From contig NC_092346.1 of the NCBI RefSeq assembly GCF_963676685.1, positions 93,434,001 to 93,498,000 of the forward strand: a stretch of 64,000 bases of DNA. The letters run 5' to 3'. Positions 13,356-26,733 of the stretch are shown here, piece after piece (the first letter of the stretch is position 1; every line of letters begins with the position of its first letter). A program made the translations under genes and the position numbers. Origin of the DNA: Mytilus edulis. Taxonomy: Eukaryota. The notes below the pieces were generated by a model, which was not told the DNA's origin, ran no database searches, and saw only the letters and a program-made list of their open reading frames with translations.

Positions 13356-14530
13356 CACATCGAATTCCTATGGGGTTTGCCTTGATTTTTCTTCGACTTC
13401 TCAAGACCTAGTTTAAGGGCTTTTGCATGTGTCTTACTGTAAATAAAACAAGTATTCAGCACCGTTTCCTATACTTGTCATACTATATAAAATTTCGTCC
13501 TGGTAAGTGACCATTTGACTGCGTAATTTCTGGTAAATTGCTTAGATTTGTTTTGGTAGCAGACAACATTAACAACAGGAAGTTCGTTTAGTGTACTAAG
13601 CTCCTGTTTGGTGACGGAAAGATATACGGAAAATTATTGTGAAAGAAAAAAAATTCTAACAAGTGATCACAAGTGCTAATTTAAAAGAGGCGACAGACAG
13701 ACTTTTGGAAATGTGAGGTTTAAGGGTAGAAAAACAATGGGGATGTCGGATATGGGTGATATAAAAAGGTGTGGTGTTGGTTAAAAGAGAGGGGAGAAAA
13801 AAGGAAGTGGTAAAATATCAGTACAAAAAAGCTGGGTTTTAGAAATGAGCATCCTCTTGAATGCAGATATCATTGAATAAAAGGAAATAGAATTAAAACA
13901 CAAAAACACAGAGGCGGAGCTAGTATTTTCATACGTTAGGTGCAGAGAGGAAGTACATCGAAAAAAACCCAAAACAAGTTAACCTGAAGGGGTTTGGCGG
14001 CACCCGGCCTCCTCCGAAAAAGTGCATTTAAATTTGTTGTCACTAGAAGATAGCTGTTAATGTCACTCATGTATCATGATTCTTTTAGTACAATGATTTG
14101 AATTAGCAATAGTAAATAATATTTTTGAAAATCATATCAAAATCTTTGGAAAAAAGAAACCGTGACATGGAAAACCATGTCTTAATATGTTTATCCACCT
14201 GACTGACCCATTGATTCAGTATTAATCAAATTTTAATAGAAACTGACATGCAATAAGATTAAATTGGTTATGTCAAGAACAAAAATTGCAAGATAAACGA
14301 GACGACCCTTTCCTTTCGTATTGTTTAGTTTCCTTTCGATCGTAGATCATCCCGAAGTCGATATGTAGGTGTTTGCAATCGTTTAGGATGTCAATAATAA
14401 AACATAAATAATCATTACTGACAAAAATTAAACTTTAATAGCAGAGATATGCGTATTAAAAAATTGGCCAATAATTTGCTTTATTCAAATTGACTGAGGT
14501 ATTTCGCACTAACATAATAGTAGGATACAT

Positions 14531-14730
14531 GGTGTGTATATATAGTGGTTAACGCATCGGACTACTAGCACAAAGGTTCCTGATTCGATTGTAGGTCCGG
14601 GAAGAAAAATTTCAGGACCTGAATTTTCGGATCTACCTTGACACCATTTGTGAGTATGGTATTGAGAGACGATGATAGTCCATAAATGGCTGACCCGTGT
14701 TAAGAGAGAGAGCCATAACATCTCTTTCAG
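14531..14730 (+). mobile_element. tRNA-derived SINE remnant
   Basis: tRNA-like head with A-box-like TATAGTGGTTAA and B-box-like GATTCGATT; no intact cloverleaf. Confidence 0.55.
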
Positions 14731-16104
14731 GTAAAAACACCATTGTATATTTCGAAAAAGAGCAGGCAAATGTGGCATGTTTGCCAATGACAAAAGTTAA
14801 GCAACTTAGATGTGTTCGTACGTCTTTCGACAACGAGCAAAACCTCTATGCCGAATAGGAAACTATATCGGAAAGCCTCAGAAATAACAAAAAATACAAA
14901 TAAGTAAACTTAACGGCCTGATTAATTTACAAAGGTTTAACATCTCCCTATCCACGGACAGTGGTTTAACAGCACAACAAAAGTTTTTTTGTATGATAAT
15001 ATTGTTTATTACGCTTAAAGCAATGCTGAAATTTTTATCTTGTTTCTAATTTTCTTATATGTTAGTGTGTTTTTGTGACATTGCCAATGAAAAATAAACC
15101 TTTATAAAAATTTCTTCCTGTTCTATTTATGACGTAGCTTCATAAGATCTGTTTATATGAAGTACAACAACCCATATCAAGTCTAGAGGATTTCTTATCT
15201 GCAGATTTAAATTGTTTAACTCATTGGTCCTTTAAATAAACTTCTTCTTAAATTAAGGATGTCAATTTTACATTGAGTAAGATATTTGTGTATTGTTTTT
15301 ATCAGTACTAAAATTGGTGTGCTTGCTTATTAAATAAAACAAATGTGCATTGTTATAAAACCTAATGATCCTACATCCTTTCGATATCATGTACTTATAT
15401 TATGTTGGTAATGCTCAAGGTCAGACTTTTCTCAGACTGTTAACGGCGTCCTTACACTAAATCCTGTGGATCAATATATCACAAACATGTCTACCCCAAA
15501 CCACATGATAAATGCACCTGTTCCCAAGTTAGGGGTCTGTAATTCAGAGGTTGTCTTTTATTTATTTCTGTCTGTCATATTTGTATTTTGTTTATTGTTT
15601 TGTCGTAAATCTAGCCAATGTGTTTTCTAGTTTGAATTGCTTTGCATTAGTCATGTCGACACTAGCTACACTACAGCTAGCTATACGGTATGGGCTATGT
15701 TGGTTGTTGTAGGCAGCATATAGACCTATAATACCATATTTCCTTTTCTATATTATCATACTGAGCTTGGTTTCAGTAACTGCAATCTATTTAACACCGT
15801 TATTCTAAAGTACTAGTATCTGAAATGAGACCACTATCTAACAGAGAAGACATAACGTGAAGTGAAGCAGTTATAGATAACTGTACGGTCTTCATCAATG
15901 AGTAAACACTCATACCTCTCTTTCTGTAACATTTTTATAGTTACTTAATTCTTTCTGTAACTTTTGGTAATTTACAGAAGTAAGTGAAAAGAAACCGAGT
16001 TCCCCTAGATTTAAAAAAACCCTTTCAAATCAGGTACTTCGTCGAAAAAGTGATTGTGATATACATTGAAGAGATTGAAAGAAACAAACAACAGATAGAC
16101 ATAA

Positions 16105-16130
16105 AGCAGACCCCCCCCCCCCCCAAAAAA

Positions 16131-16162
<32 letters not shown>

Positions 16163-16205
16163 ACAAAAAACAAAAACAGAACAAAACAAAAAAAAAAAAA
16201 AAAAC
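16105..16205. repeat. Poly-C and (CAAAA)n low-complexity tract
   Basis: Seen directly; it generates the spurious ORFs at 15984-16403. Confidence 0.9.
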
Positions 16206-19200
16206 GTATCACAGAGAGCAACAGAAATAAACAACATGATGACATATATAGAAGAGGACAACAAAAGAAAATCAAAGTACTGCAGTACTGAACATCGGAT
16301 GACCGCAGGTTCTTGTGGATGGTCAAAAGCACATGTCACAGAAACAGATCACATCTCTATATACCTGAAACTTGGGTTAATTTACAGAGATATTTTTTTC
16401 TGATACAAGTTCGTGCTTGGATGATGAATAAATGACAGGAAATTCAACCCCACCGTAATAACTGTTATATTGTAGTGCAAGAAATCAGTATACCTTGGAC
16501 TATTATACTTATATAATAATAGTCGTAGAGAATACACTGGTTTGTTGTTATATATATTATTAATATTACGATTGCATGTATATATAATTTTCATCTATTT
16601 GTATATATGATAATTCTATTCTACTATTATTATAGTGCAGTGCAAGCGCATGGTGGACACTCTTCTATAAAAAAAAATCAAAGCCTTAAAGGCTGTAAAA
16701 GCAATTGCTGTCATGTTAGTGTTTTGAGGACTTTTATTTTTCATCTACATATATAAGAATTAAACCTGACAGGACATGTTTGTCTAGTGAAAAGCAAGAA
16801 GGTTTTGACTTTATATTAATAAAAGACTTAAGCAGGAAATCATTTTTAATATGTTTTATATTTCACAAGGAGACAACAAGTTTACCAGGCTAAAGTTGGG
16901 GGTAATTATGGATTATCCCCTGGTAGTGTTTGTAAATGGGCAATAATTACTTTTATTTATTTAATTTTAACAATTTTCATAAACCATTTAGTTAAAACAT
17001 TTCACCTTTCGAGACGCTAATGTTGAAAAATGGGACAGAAATAAAATAACTTACAAGACATAAACATGTAAAAAATAAATATATATTTCAGCTTACTAAA
17101 AATATTTTCATAGTGTTACTTTGACATTATTTCTTAAAACTAAGTCCCACACATAATTGTTCATTTGATATGTGTCATCCTCATGCGATACGAGAAGTTT
17201 TCATGCCGCTAAATAGTCTTCTTGTCGCTTAATTTATTCTTCTTGTCCGTTCTTGACGCTTCTTGTCGCTAAAAATTCTTCTTGTTGTTATTAGTGAGAC
17301 CGCTATTTTTAGATTACAGGTTAACCCGAATAATCCAGTCGTTATATTACGATCCCTATCGATCACTACATTAACCTCGAAAGGTGGAGAGAATCGGAGA
17401 CGGTAAGGGCTTAAATTATTCGAGTTAATTACAGGTGGTCATTTACACTACACGTATTTATAACCTGTGTAGTGATTTTTATTTTACGATAAATTTATGA
17501 ATGAACGATAAGTTTATGAATGAACAAGAGCACCTGACCTCTTTCTGAAACACCAATTAAACATATAAAATCGTATTTATTAAAAGATATAATTCAGTCA
17601 AATTTCCACCACTAAATCAACAACTGAAATGATTCCATATTTTGTTGAAACATCGTACAAACGGAGAACAGAAATCGCAGGTATGAAAATGCAATTTTTT
17701 CACTGGTGTTGAAAACCCAAAACAGTCGGAAACCCGGTTGAAATGGAACAAAAGAATCGAAGCTCTTTGTTAGAGAAGGCGATAAATGTGTACTGTAATG
17801 TTTACTATAGTGACAAAAAATTTAAAAGTTAATAGAAACAAACAAAATTACAATTTTCTTCTCAATAACGAAGTGTTATATTTTAAAAACACCATTTGCA
17901 TAAGTTTTCAATTTATCTAGTACATAGTTAAGTAAAACAATTAGATATCAGGTCGACGACATGGGTATCTTTCAAGTTGGATGTAGAAAATGCATATCCT
18001 CCGATTTCTTTAAAAAAAATTACTACGGACGGAAAACATATCAATCTATTAGTTCAGTAATTTTCGTGTCTGCCCTTCTATTATGTGACTCAAGAAAAAA
18101 TTCCAAAAAATGGGTAACAATAGTATCGAAAAGAGAAAATCGAGTGCACCTTTTTATGTTAGGGCGTGTTTGAGTTGAATATTTTGTCTTGATATCGTAC
18201 AAAGCAAGAATATTTCATACACTGTCTCGCTTCAGATTCTATCATTTTTATATATCAAAGCTACAGGTTGACATTATAACTTATAAAAATCACAGTACTA
18301 AAAGATGAAATATATGGGTCAAGTGAAATACCTATCTCATGAATCACAAAAACAGAGTAGGTGTGTTCGAATACTAAAAGTACTTGACGACAGTCTTTCA
18401 AGTTGGATGATGAAAATGCATATCTTCGAAAAATTATAATTTTTTGTGTGTGATAACTAGGGGTTATAGTCTTCAACCACTAAAAAAATCAAGTCTGCCC
18501 TTCCACGAAATATTTAATTAGCATTTTTTTTAGAATGTTTATGAATTTTCGAAAATTCCACCTGACAACCGATCATACAATAGTTTTAAGTTGAATCAAT
18601 GCAGACAAGATCATTAACTGATGCTCATTAGCGAGTTGATACATTTCTCTTATAAAATGCAACTGACATATAAGGATCGTACTGGTGCAATGTGGATAAA
18701 TTTATCGGTTTCCAAGAGCAAAATTTGTAGCGCGTCATCCCTACAATGGCTTCCATTTCTACGATTGTGAAAATGAACTGGCGTAATGGGGAGATAATTT
18801 TGACGAAGTAGGATCCTGACTGAAAACTAATTTGACTAATTTATGCAAGACGGAAATTTAAGCGATAACAATACATCGGAGTGACCTCAAGGTCATCCTC
18901 TGTAAAAATCAACCAAGGCATCTAGTAGAAAGCAACAAAAAACAAAGAATATGAAGGCAAATACTAATAGTAGAGGGCAGTAGAAGCAAACAACATAAAG
19001 ACATATAGTAGAAGGCAACAAAAGCAAAGAACATAAAGACTCATAGTAAAAGGCAATAGCAACAAACAACAGAAATAAAAGCAATATCAGTATACCGCTG
19101 TTCAAAAGGCATAAATCTATTAAAAGCAAACCAATCTGGCTTACAAACTAAAACCGAAACACATATATACAACTATAAGAAGAAAACGACGGATCAATAG

Positions 19201-19849
19201 AAACACTATAAACTGCAACAAAATCAAATACCAACAAAGGCATATAGTAGATGGATACAAATACAAACAACTCGAGGGCATTAAGTAGAGGGCAACATTC
19301 ACAATCAAAATACAGACACAGAGGTCAACGTATTTTAAAATCAAATCTGCATGTGCTATTTATGTAAAGAAAAGAAGAATATTCATGACACAGTTGACTA
19401 AGTAATTACTAGTAACATATATCCAAAGGATACGAATCAGATGAAATCAATAAAAATAACTTCATAAGAGAGAATAGGATGTCGTATACTGTGCTCAAAT
19501 GAAACTATGAGAAAACTACATTGATTCACATACTTTATTTACAAATGTTTTGACAATATCACATTAGGCTTGCTGGATGTTGTGTTATTCGTAGTGGTTT
19601 GTCTTAGTTTTTACACTTGTTTTTTCCCAGTTGACAATTTTTGGACTTTTGACTGTCAAAATTTGTTTTAGTGATTCGTATACTTCTTATTTTTTAAAAA
19701 TTATTTACGAGTCCCAAAGCTCTTTTATTAAAACTTATCTGGTAACGTAAATTGATTATTGTTATCGAATCGACCAGATTATAAAAAGTTTAGACAAAAA
19801 AGTAATTCAACACATAATTATATCGTTGGGATATAGTTTCTTTCTTGAA

Positions 19850-21367
19850 ATCATATGAGTGTGGTATTGATATTAATGATGAAAAAGTTTGTGTTTTTTT
19901 TATTATGCTGATGATGTGGTTTTACTAGCAAAAAGTAAAATCACAAAAATACTGAAACGATGAAAAAGAAATACAAACTGCATAAGATATATGGTGTGGA
20001 GATAATTGTATGACTGTTAATTCTAAAAAGTGTAATATTGTGCATTTTAGAACACCTTCTGTTAATAAGTCACATGTTGAATTTAAATGTTGGAATGATA
20101 TCATTAAATATTCTACTACTTATACATATTAAGGTTTAGATTTAAGTCAACTTTTAGATTATAATGTAACTGCTAAAGCTGTTGCAGCTTCTGCAAATAG
20201 AGCATTTGGCCTTGTTATAGCTAAGTGCAAAATCTTAGGTGGTGTTACTCACAATGTCTTTTCGAAATTATATAAATGTTTGGTGCTTCCAATTGTTGAA
20301 TATGGTGCTGGTATTTGGGGTTGCAAAAACTTTTCTCTTATTAATGCCATCCATAATAGAGCTTGTAGATTTTTCTTGGAGTTTGAAAATATACTCCAAA
20401 TGCTGTAGTTGCAGGTGATATGGAGTGGATACCTATCTTTCAAAAACAATGACAATGCTTAATTCGACTATGGTGCCGTTTGAACAATATGAGTTCTGAT
20501 CGTTTACACAGAAAAATTTTCATGTGGGCAGATATTTTGAGTAAAAAACATAAGTGTAAAAAAGAAATTGGAATTTTTATGTAAGGAAAACATTTTCTGA
20601 GTGGAAGGCAAAACATTTGTGTATCATAACAGAATATGTTGATAGTACCTCAGTGGTCAATACTGTTACGTCTACAATGTTTAGTAAATATGTCGAACAG
20701 TGGCAATGTAATTAACAGGCAGAGAAAGGTTTATCTGGTAAAGGTGGTAACAAACTTCATACATATAATCTATTTAAGAACAGTTTTGAAACGGAAACTT
20801 ATTATAAAATTCCAATGCAATTTTCGCAAAGGAGTTCTTTTGCCAAATTTTGATGTGGTGTAGCAACACTAAGCACCACTAAGAATAGAAACGGGGAGAT
20901 TTGAAAAATTGATTTTGAAAGATCGAGTCTGTGTTAATTGTATGAATATTTTAGAAGATGAAGCCCATGTTATTTTATCGTGGCCTTTATATGACGATTT
21001 TAGAAAAAAAAACATGTTTGAAGAAGCAACACATTTTGATAGTGGTTTTATGTCTTTTGATGATAAACAGAAATTTGTGTTTTTATTTACAGATAATATT
21101 ATGATTCGTAGCTGTGCCAAAGCCTGTAACCTTATTTTAAATAGATGTAGAAATGTTTTATACTGTAAATAATGTTCTTCTCAATATGTTTTATAATATA
21201 GATGAATTTTTTATATAATGTTTTAAATATTATAGTCTCTTACAATTCTGTACAGAATGACTCTCTTTTTATATCTATAATTTTACATTTAATGTAAATT
21301 GTTGTATTATATATTATTGAGAGATGAGACTTAAATAAAATATTGAATTGAAATTGAAATTGAATTG
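19850..21367 (+). mobile_element. Degenerate LINE RT 3' fragment (intergenic)
   Basis: Frameshifted YADDVVLL, RIETGRFE and RVCVNC...EDEAHVIL; ends in AATAAA and (A)ATTGA repeats. Confidence 0.88.
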
Positions 21368-22867
21368 TGATTTGTTTTTTGTTTTTTGTTTATATCTTTT
21401 TCAAATTATCGCTATTTCTTTTCACAAATTTCAGTAGCAACAATAAATGCTTTATAGATTATTCTATACCCTAATCATCAATTCAACTGCTTTCAAAATA
21501 ACTGATTAGTAAGTAACAGTCCCCTTGTGAATAGTATATGCATGTTTTAAGCGCGGCACAAATATTAGATAACATATAGTAAATAAACATAATTATTCCA
21601 CGTGGCAGCACGGTGATGACATGTATGCAGTACATAAAACGATAACTGTTTAATTAGACTATAGAATGATTCTCCATGTCACTCCCTAAAATTCATTATT
21701 GCTATGGTCAACTTGGTAGCAAATTGGTCGCAAACAACATATTTGTTTTTAAGGATTACAAATTGCTTTACGCATATTTTTTTTTTGATTTGGAGGAGAC
21801 ATCTCTTCCAGCACTATGTGATTAGGAACATGTACAATCAACACTAATAACAATAACAGTTATAAACAAATCTACTAAATACTAAAAATAAATAAATAAA
21901 ATATATGTGACAGATTTAAAATATTTCCATGTTTTGCAAAATGTCCCTTTTCATTGCACATGATTTATAAACAACAAACTAGCATTATTGGTGGAATCCA
22001 GGGAATGACAACACAAAAACAAAATGGTTAACTATTGGGTTGCATAAACCCTTAGGTAATTTAAAAGAAATTAAACATGCCATACACTATGCTTTTAACA
22101 GAGCGAGTTGCACTCTTAGTTCTTGAAAAAAGGGTGTTGTTTGACAGAGCGAGTTGCTCTCTACATTCTTGAAAAAGATTGTTAGAATCTAAATTATAAT
22201 ATAAGTCAGCATTTATATACAACTTGAATGCCGTCATCCAGATTACCTATGCTGTATGTGTAACAACGAACTCCCTTATTTATTATAATCCGAGGATAGC
22301 AGACATAGGATTCTATCATCCAACTGAAACTGAGTACATTTGTAAGTCATAGTCTATTACGTTATAAAATAGATGATTTAAATTTTGAGGTTTCAATATA
22401 AAACATGAGTTTGTCGTATAAACATCCTGCAATGGTTAATATACCGTTTGCGGAATATTTCGGTATCAAAATATCATTTTAGATATACAATGTAGTGAAT
22501 GTACTAAATACTATATATAGTATACACAAATACTAGCGATCTCTCGTAAACAATACATCTTCACAACTACAGAATTTTACAAACAATAAATCTGATTTTC
22601 AAATGTATTTTCAGAGGACATTAATGAAATAGTTAATGTATCCTTCACGGTATTACTATACATTCATATGACAAAAAATAATACATCAGTAAGTCAAATA
22701 AATATAAGTCGATACATATATATATATATATACAAAAAAAGTTTCTTTTCAAGCGGTGTACAGAATTGTATGTTAAAAATTAAATACACAAAAAGAGTTT
22801 TAAAAGCAGCATTGTCTAGCGCTTTCATCCATCTTTGGACTTTTCAAGACTATAGTTTTATAACGAA

Positions 22868-23115
22868 CTACACAAGCGATGCTTTGGTGCATTTTTCGAA
22901 GGACAAAAGAGGTTTAAAGAATTTGTTAGTGTCCTTATTACAAATTTCATCATCGAAATGATCACAAGTGCACTTGCTAGGTGACCAGTATGTTGATGAT
23001 CCGCAGGTTTGAAAAACCAATTTTCCATTCGAACATTGATAAAACTTAGAACAGTCATTTTTGTCTTGAAAGTATGCTTCACTTTGTGGATCATCCTTGC
23101 AATCAGGTACACAAT
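22868..23115 (-). CDS. Gene A last exon: chitin-binding type-2 (CBM14/peritrophin-A) domain and stop
   Basis: DCVPDCKDDPQSEAYFQDKNDCSKFYQCSNGKLVFQTCGSSTYWSPSKCTCDHFDDEICNKDTNKFFKPLLSFEKCTKASLV*; classic DCxxFYxC...C...W...C...C pattern; not in the frame shown by the ORF track. Confidence 0.93.
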
Positions 23116-23621
23116 CTATAAAACAGAAAATGTGGATGTAAATGACTCCCTGTCTCTCTCCCTGTCTAATACATGTATATTATTACGTCGAAAATAAATG
23201 ATCAATACTTAATTGTAGAATTAAACATGAAAAACAAAGACCAACTTTATCCCGAATCATTCATACTTCAAATCTAATGGTTTTGATTATTTATATTTAT
23301 CTTAATATATTTCCCTGTGTAACAAATGAATTCATGAATCCAAGAGTTTATCTAAATTTGCGTATTCTAATATTTTATCAGCTTAACGAAGAAAATGCAA
23401 GAATGAGATCTAAAGGAATTGTTTTGCCTTTACTCTTAATGTTATTTTTGTCTCTAAAAGCTACATTGTTTTTGCCATACGTTTAGTCCGTGGCGTGATC
23501 GATGTCAACGACTGAACTTGAAAACTGTTAGCACGGACCCACTTACATATTTTTGTGTTTGGCAATTGCGGGTCCATAATTATCAGGTGTTGAAAATGGT
23601 CAATATATTACTAGTACTTAC

Positions 23622-23930
23622 CACCTTCACATGCAGGTATAAGGATCGTAGATGTCAGGTTATCAGCAAGTCCCGAATCCGTCATTAGTGGAACACAAGA
23701 TATAGTCATATTTCCAGATAACCAAGAAGCAGGAATTATCGCGTCAGCTGAGACAGTGGTGCCACTTTCCTGATGATTGTCGCTACATACATTTATGTTA
23801 GGTATCATACGTGAGGATCCACCATCGTTCACAAACAAGGCCAAAGAGATGGCCACGCAAGTTTTTATCATCTCACAATGAACATGAATGCTGTCATTAA
23901 TTCGTGAAACACTGTGCTGTAGCTGTGGGT
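23622..23930 (-). CDS. Gene A Ig-like domain 2 exon (DPQLQHSV...IPACEG)
   Basis: 309-nt phase 1-1 exon; IHVHC...MTISC cysteines about 60 aa apart; conserved in the paralogue. Confidence 0.88.
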
Positions 23931-24878
23931 CTTTTATAAAAACAAAGAAAATAAATTATCATATTATAAGCTCGCCTTGGGAATATGAGGTCTTTGGTGG
24001 TATACGATTTGAAAATTGATATTTTCTGCGTTTACATTAATTTAAACACATGTTTTTGTTTAAGAGGTTAATAGTTGGAACAGAGTTATCGGCTAGGAGT
24101 TAGACTGATGTGTCTGGAATTAGTGTTATATCTGAACTGCAAATTTACCTTTTTGCGTTTTTTGTCTTTGATTTATGAGTTGAAATACCCTTTTGGTATC
24201 TTCCGCCCTATTTTTCCGTGTTAACAAGCACGTAGATATCTGACTCGGTATGCCAGGCCATAACAAAGCAATGTTCATATACACAACAAATTAATCTGTT
24301 ATCGTCCAAATGTTCATGAAACTATTGCCACACTATTATTAACATAATTTTTATCCTTCTTCTCATCATCGGATAAAGAAGTATAACACCTTAACTAATC
24401 ATAATACTCAGCCTTACATATTGCAGTAAACTATATCACAATAAAGTATTCTTACCAAATAAAGGGCCGGGATTTTCGAAAGAGAAAACAAAGAGAGAAA
24501 ATAAAAGTATGAAGACATAAATAGAAAAAGGACAGGAAACTTTGTAACCAATAGTTAAAATCTCCAACTTTCTTATATCTAAGTTGCTGGTTATATCACA
24601 TTTTAAAAGAAATTGTACCAATTCAGGATTTTGAAAGTTGTTTTCCGTTTGTTTGGTGTGTTAGAATTTTATATGTTGTCATTTGATAAAGAGCTTTCCG
24701 TTATGAAATTTCTGTGAGTTAAGTATTTGATGTTTTTGAACTTTAGAAGTTGCCATTTGATAAATAACTTTCCGTTTTGAAATTTCCTTGAGATAATAAA
24801 GAGAGAAAATACCAATGTGAAGACAGGAATAGAAAGAGGACAGAATAGTTATCAAAGGTACCAGGATTATAATTTAGT

Positions 24879-24920
24879 ACGCCAGACGCGCGTTTCGTAC
24901 ATAAGACTCATCAGTGACGC
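24879..24920 (-). ncRNA. Minimal type I hammerhead ribozyme motif inside an insertion of about 105 bp
   Basis: GCGUCA-CUGAUGA-GUCUUAUGUAC-GAAA-C GCGC G-UC^UGGCGU: intact core, palindromic stem III loop, short stem II. Confidence 0.75.
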
Positions 24921-25265
24921 TCATATCAACATATTTATAAAGCCAAACAAAGACAACTTTGCAGCCAAAAGTAAAAATCAATAAGTTTGTTATATCTCAG
25001 TTGCTGGTAATAACACCTTTTAGAATAAATTGTATCAATTCAGGAACTTGAAAGTTGTTTTCCGTTCGTTTGATGTGTTTGAACCATATATGTTGTCAAT
25101 TTGATAAAAACATTTCGTTTTTAAAATTCATTGAGTTCGGTATTTTTGATATATTATATACATGATCCTGTACGACATCACAATAGAAGAAATAGTTCTA
25201 AAATCGTGTTATTTATAACAAAGTCTTTGTATTTCACTATTTGTTGTTTCTACTTATGTGCATAC

Positions 25266-25601
25266 CTTTTAATTTTATTTCAAATTCGCTAGACGAAACG
25301 TTTCCGTCATCATATTCTATCGTGATCTCGTAAATCCCAACACTATCACATGTTGCTCTCCCCATCATGAAACGTAATTGTTGGTCAGTTCTTGAAGAGT
25401 TGTAGTAGATTATCCAACCCCTATTTTGTTGCTCAAACTCATCAGATGAAACATTGACTGAAAAACCTTGAAGTACACTCAAATATTGAGATGACAACTG
25501 TCTGACATGTATACCTGACGGGTTACTGGTAAATTTCTGTGTATAAGGAATACACATTTGTTCTCCTACCCTTGCGATAGATATATCGTTTTCACATTTA
25601 T
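25266..25601 (-). CDS. Gene A Ig-like domain 1 exon (DKCENDIS...FEIKLK)
   Basis: 336-nt phase 1-1 exon; alternating beta-strand pattern; GEQMCIP B-strand and a V-set-like ATCDSVGIYEI (D-x-x-G-x-Y) motif; conserved in the paralogue. Confidence 0.88.
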
Positions 25602-26682
25602 CTAAAACGACAATAAATTTAAATAACAACAGGTTGATTTGAACAGCACATATAGGCTCAAAACAACCCTTACCATACAGAAAAACTGAAATCGATTGGT
25701 GACTTGATCGTGAATCAACCGAGTATATAAGGATACACATATTATTAAATACATGAATATTGACAGCTACAATGTTGATATTATAGTAAGACTATTTTCA
25801 TAGTATTCAACCATATTTGATGAATAAAAATGCACAACAAAAAGTCCCCCCAAAAGATAAATAAATAGTTTTAAACACGTGTTGATACAAATTCTATATT
25901 ACAAATTAGCATACTAATACTTCGCCGTATTCTTAACTATTCATACTAAATTGAGATCAAGAAATTCATCTTAAAAACAAAATAAACAAGGTAAAACGTA
26001 ACATCAAATAAACTAAAACTGTAAAAATCTCAAATTAAAAAAGAAAAGAAAAGAATAAATATAGATTCTTTTTTATACATCACAACTCTTATAATCACAA
26101 ACTCTTTTAAATGACAGTATCAAGTCATGTTAATGACAGTTTTTATCCTTTTGTTTCATGTGTTTGAGCTTCTGATTGTGCCATTTAATAAAATTAATTT
26201 CATTGTATTTTTATTATTACTTTTTATAATACTTAGCTGATTTATATATTCTGTCTTTTAGTGCTTAAGTATGACAAAGTGCATTTAAAGTGTTGCTTAA
26301 TGAATAAACCGCATCCACATTGTGTTTGAATCGATGCATCGTTTGAATGAATATCAAATATAGATGATAGAGGTTTTGTTTAATTTAAACTGTCGAATTT
26401 GTGTGAAGTACTTGACTCCAAAAGTTAACAAAATCTCAATCATTCATGCCATTACATGTAATGCTCTAGTGCATGCATATTTTAAAAAGGCTTATCGTTT
26501 TACCACATGCTTATGCATTTTCGTTATTTGAAAGTTCGATAATGTATGAAAATCCTATATTAATTCATGTTTATGAATACGTAATACAAGCTTACAGAAA
26601 TGTTTATAACAAACCAACAATAATTTAATTTGTAAATCATCAAGTTTTTAGTTAATCTACCAGTACCAATGGAAAAACTTAC

Positions 26683-26733
26683 CCGGAAAATCCGGAAGGT
26701 CATCTGTAATAGCAGTTGGAGTATCTTTCGAAC
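26683..26733 (-). CDS. Gene A stalk exon (GSKDTPTAITDDLPDFP)
   Basis: attccag| 51 nt G|gtaagt; phase 1-1; conserved at 63800-63850. Confidence 0.88.

Noticed and set aside
14531-14600. tRNA gene
   Set aside because: A and B boxes are degenerate and there is no acceptor stem; better explained as a SINE head.
15984-16403. Three overlapping ORFs (Lys-rich and Phe-rich)
   Set aside because: They arise from a poly-C/(CAAAA)n low-complexity tract.
13355-22868. Functional link between ACER3 and the chitin-receptor cluster
   Set aside because: Adjacency in an animal genome is not evidence of co-function, and nothing in the sequence links them.
22858-23197. ORF-track proteins 22858..23112 (-) and 23009..23197 (+), mirrored at 59419 and 59570
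   Set aside because: Wrong-frame or antisense shadows of the CBM14 exon; they appear twice only because the region is duplicated.
23277-23486. Plus-strand ORF with a hydrophobic end, similar to 60161..60379
   Set aside because: Intronic; the two copies differ in start and C-terminal frame, consistent with neutral duplicated intron sequence.
25266-25601. Positive selection on Ig1 between the paralogues
   Set aside because: A hand count of about 9 non-synonymous and 6 synonymous changes does not give dN/dS above 1 overall; only local clustering can be claimed.
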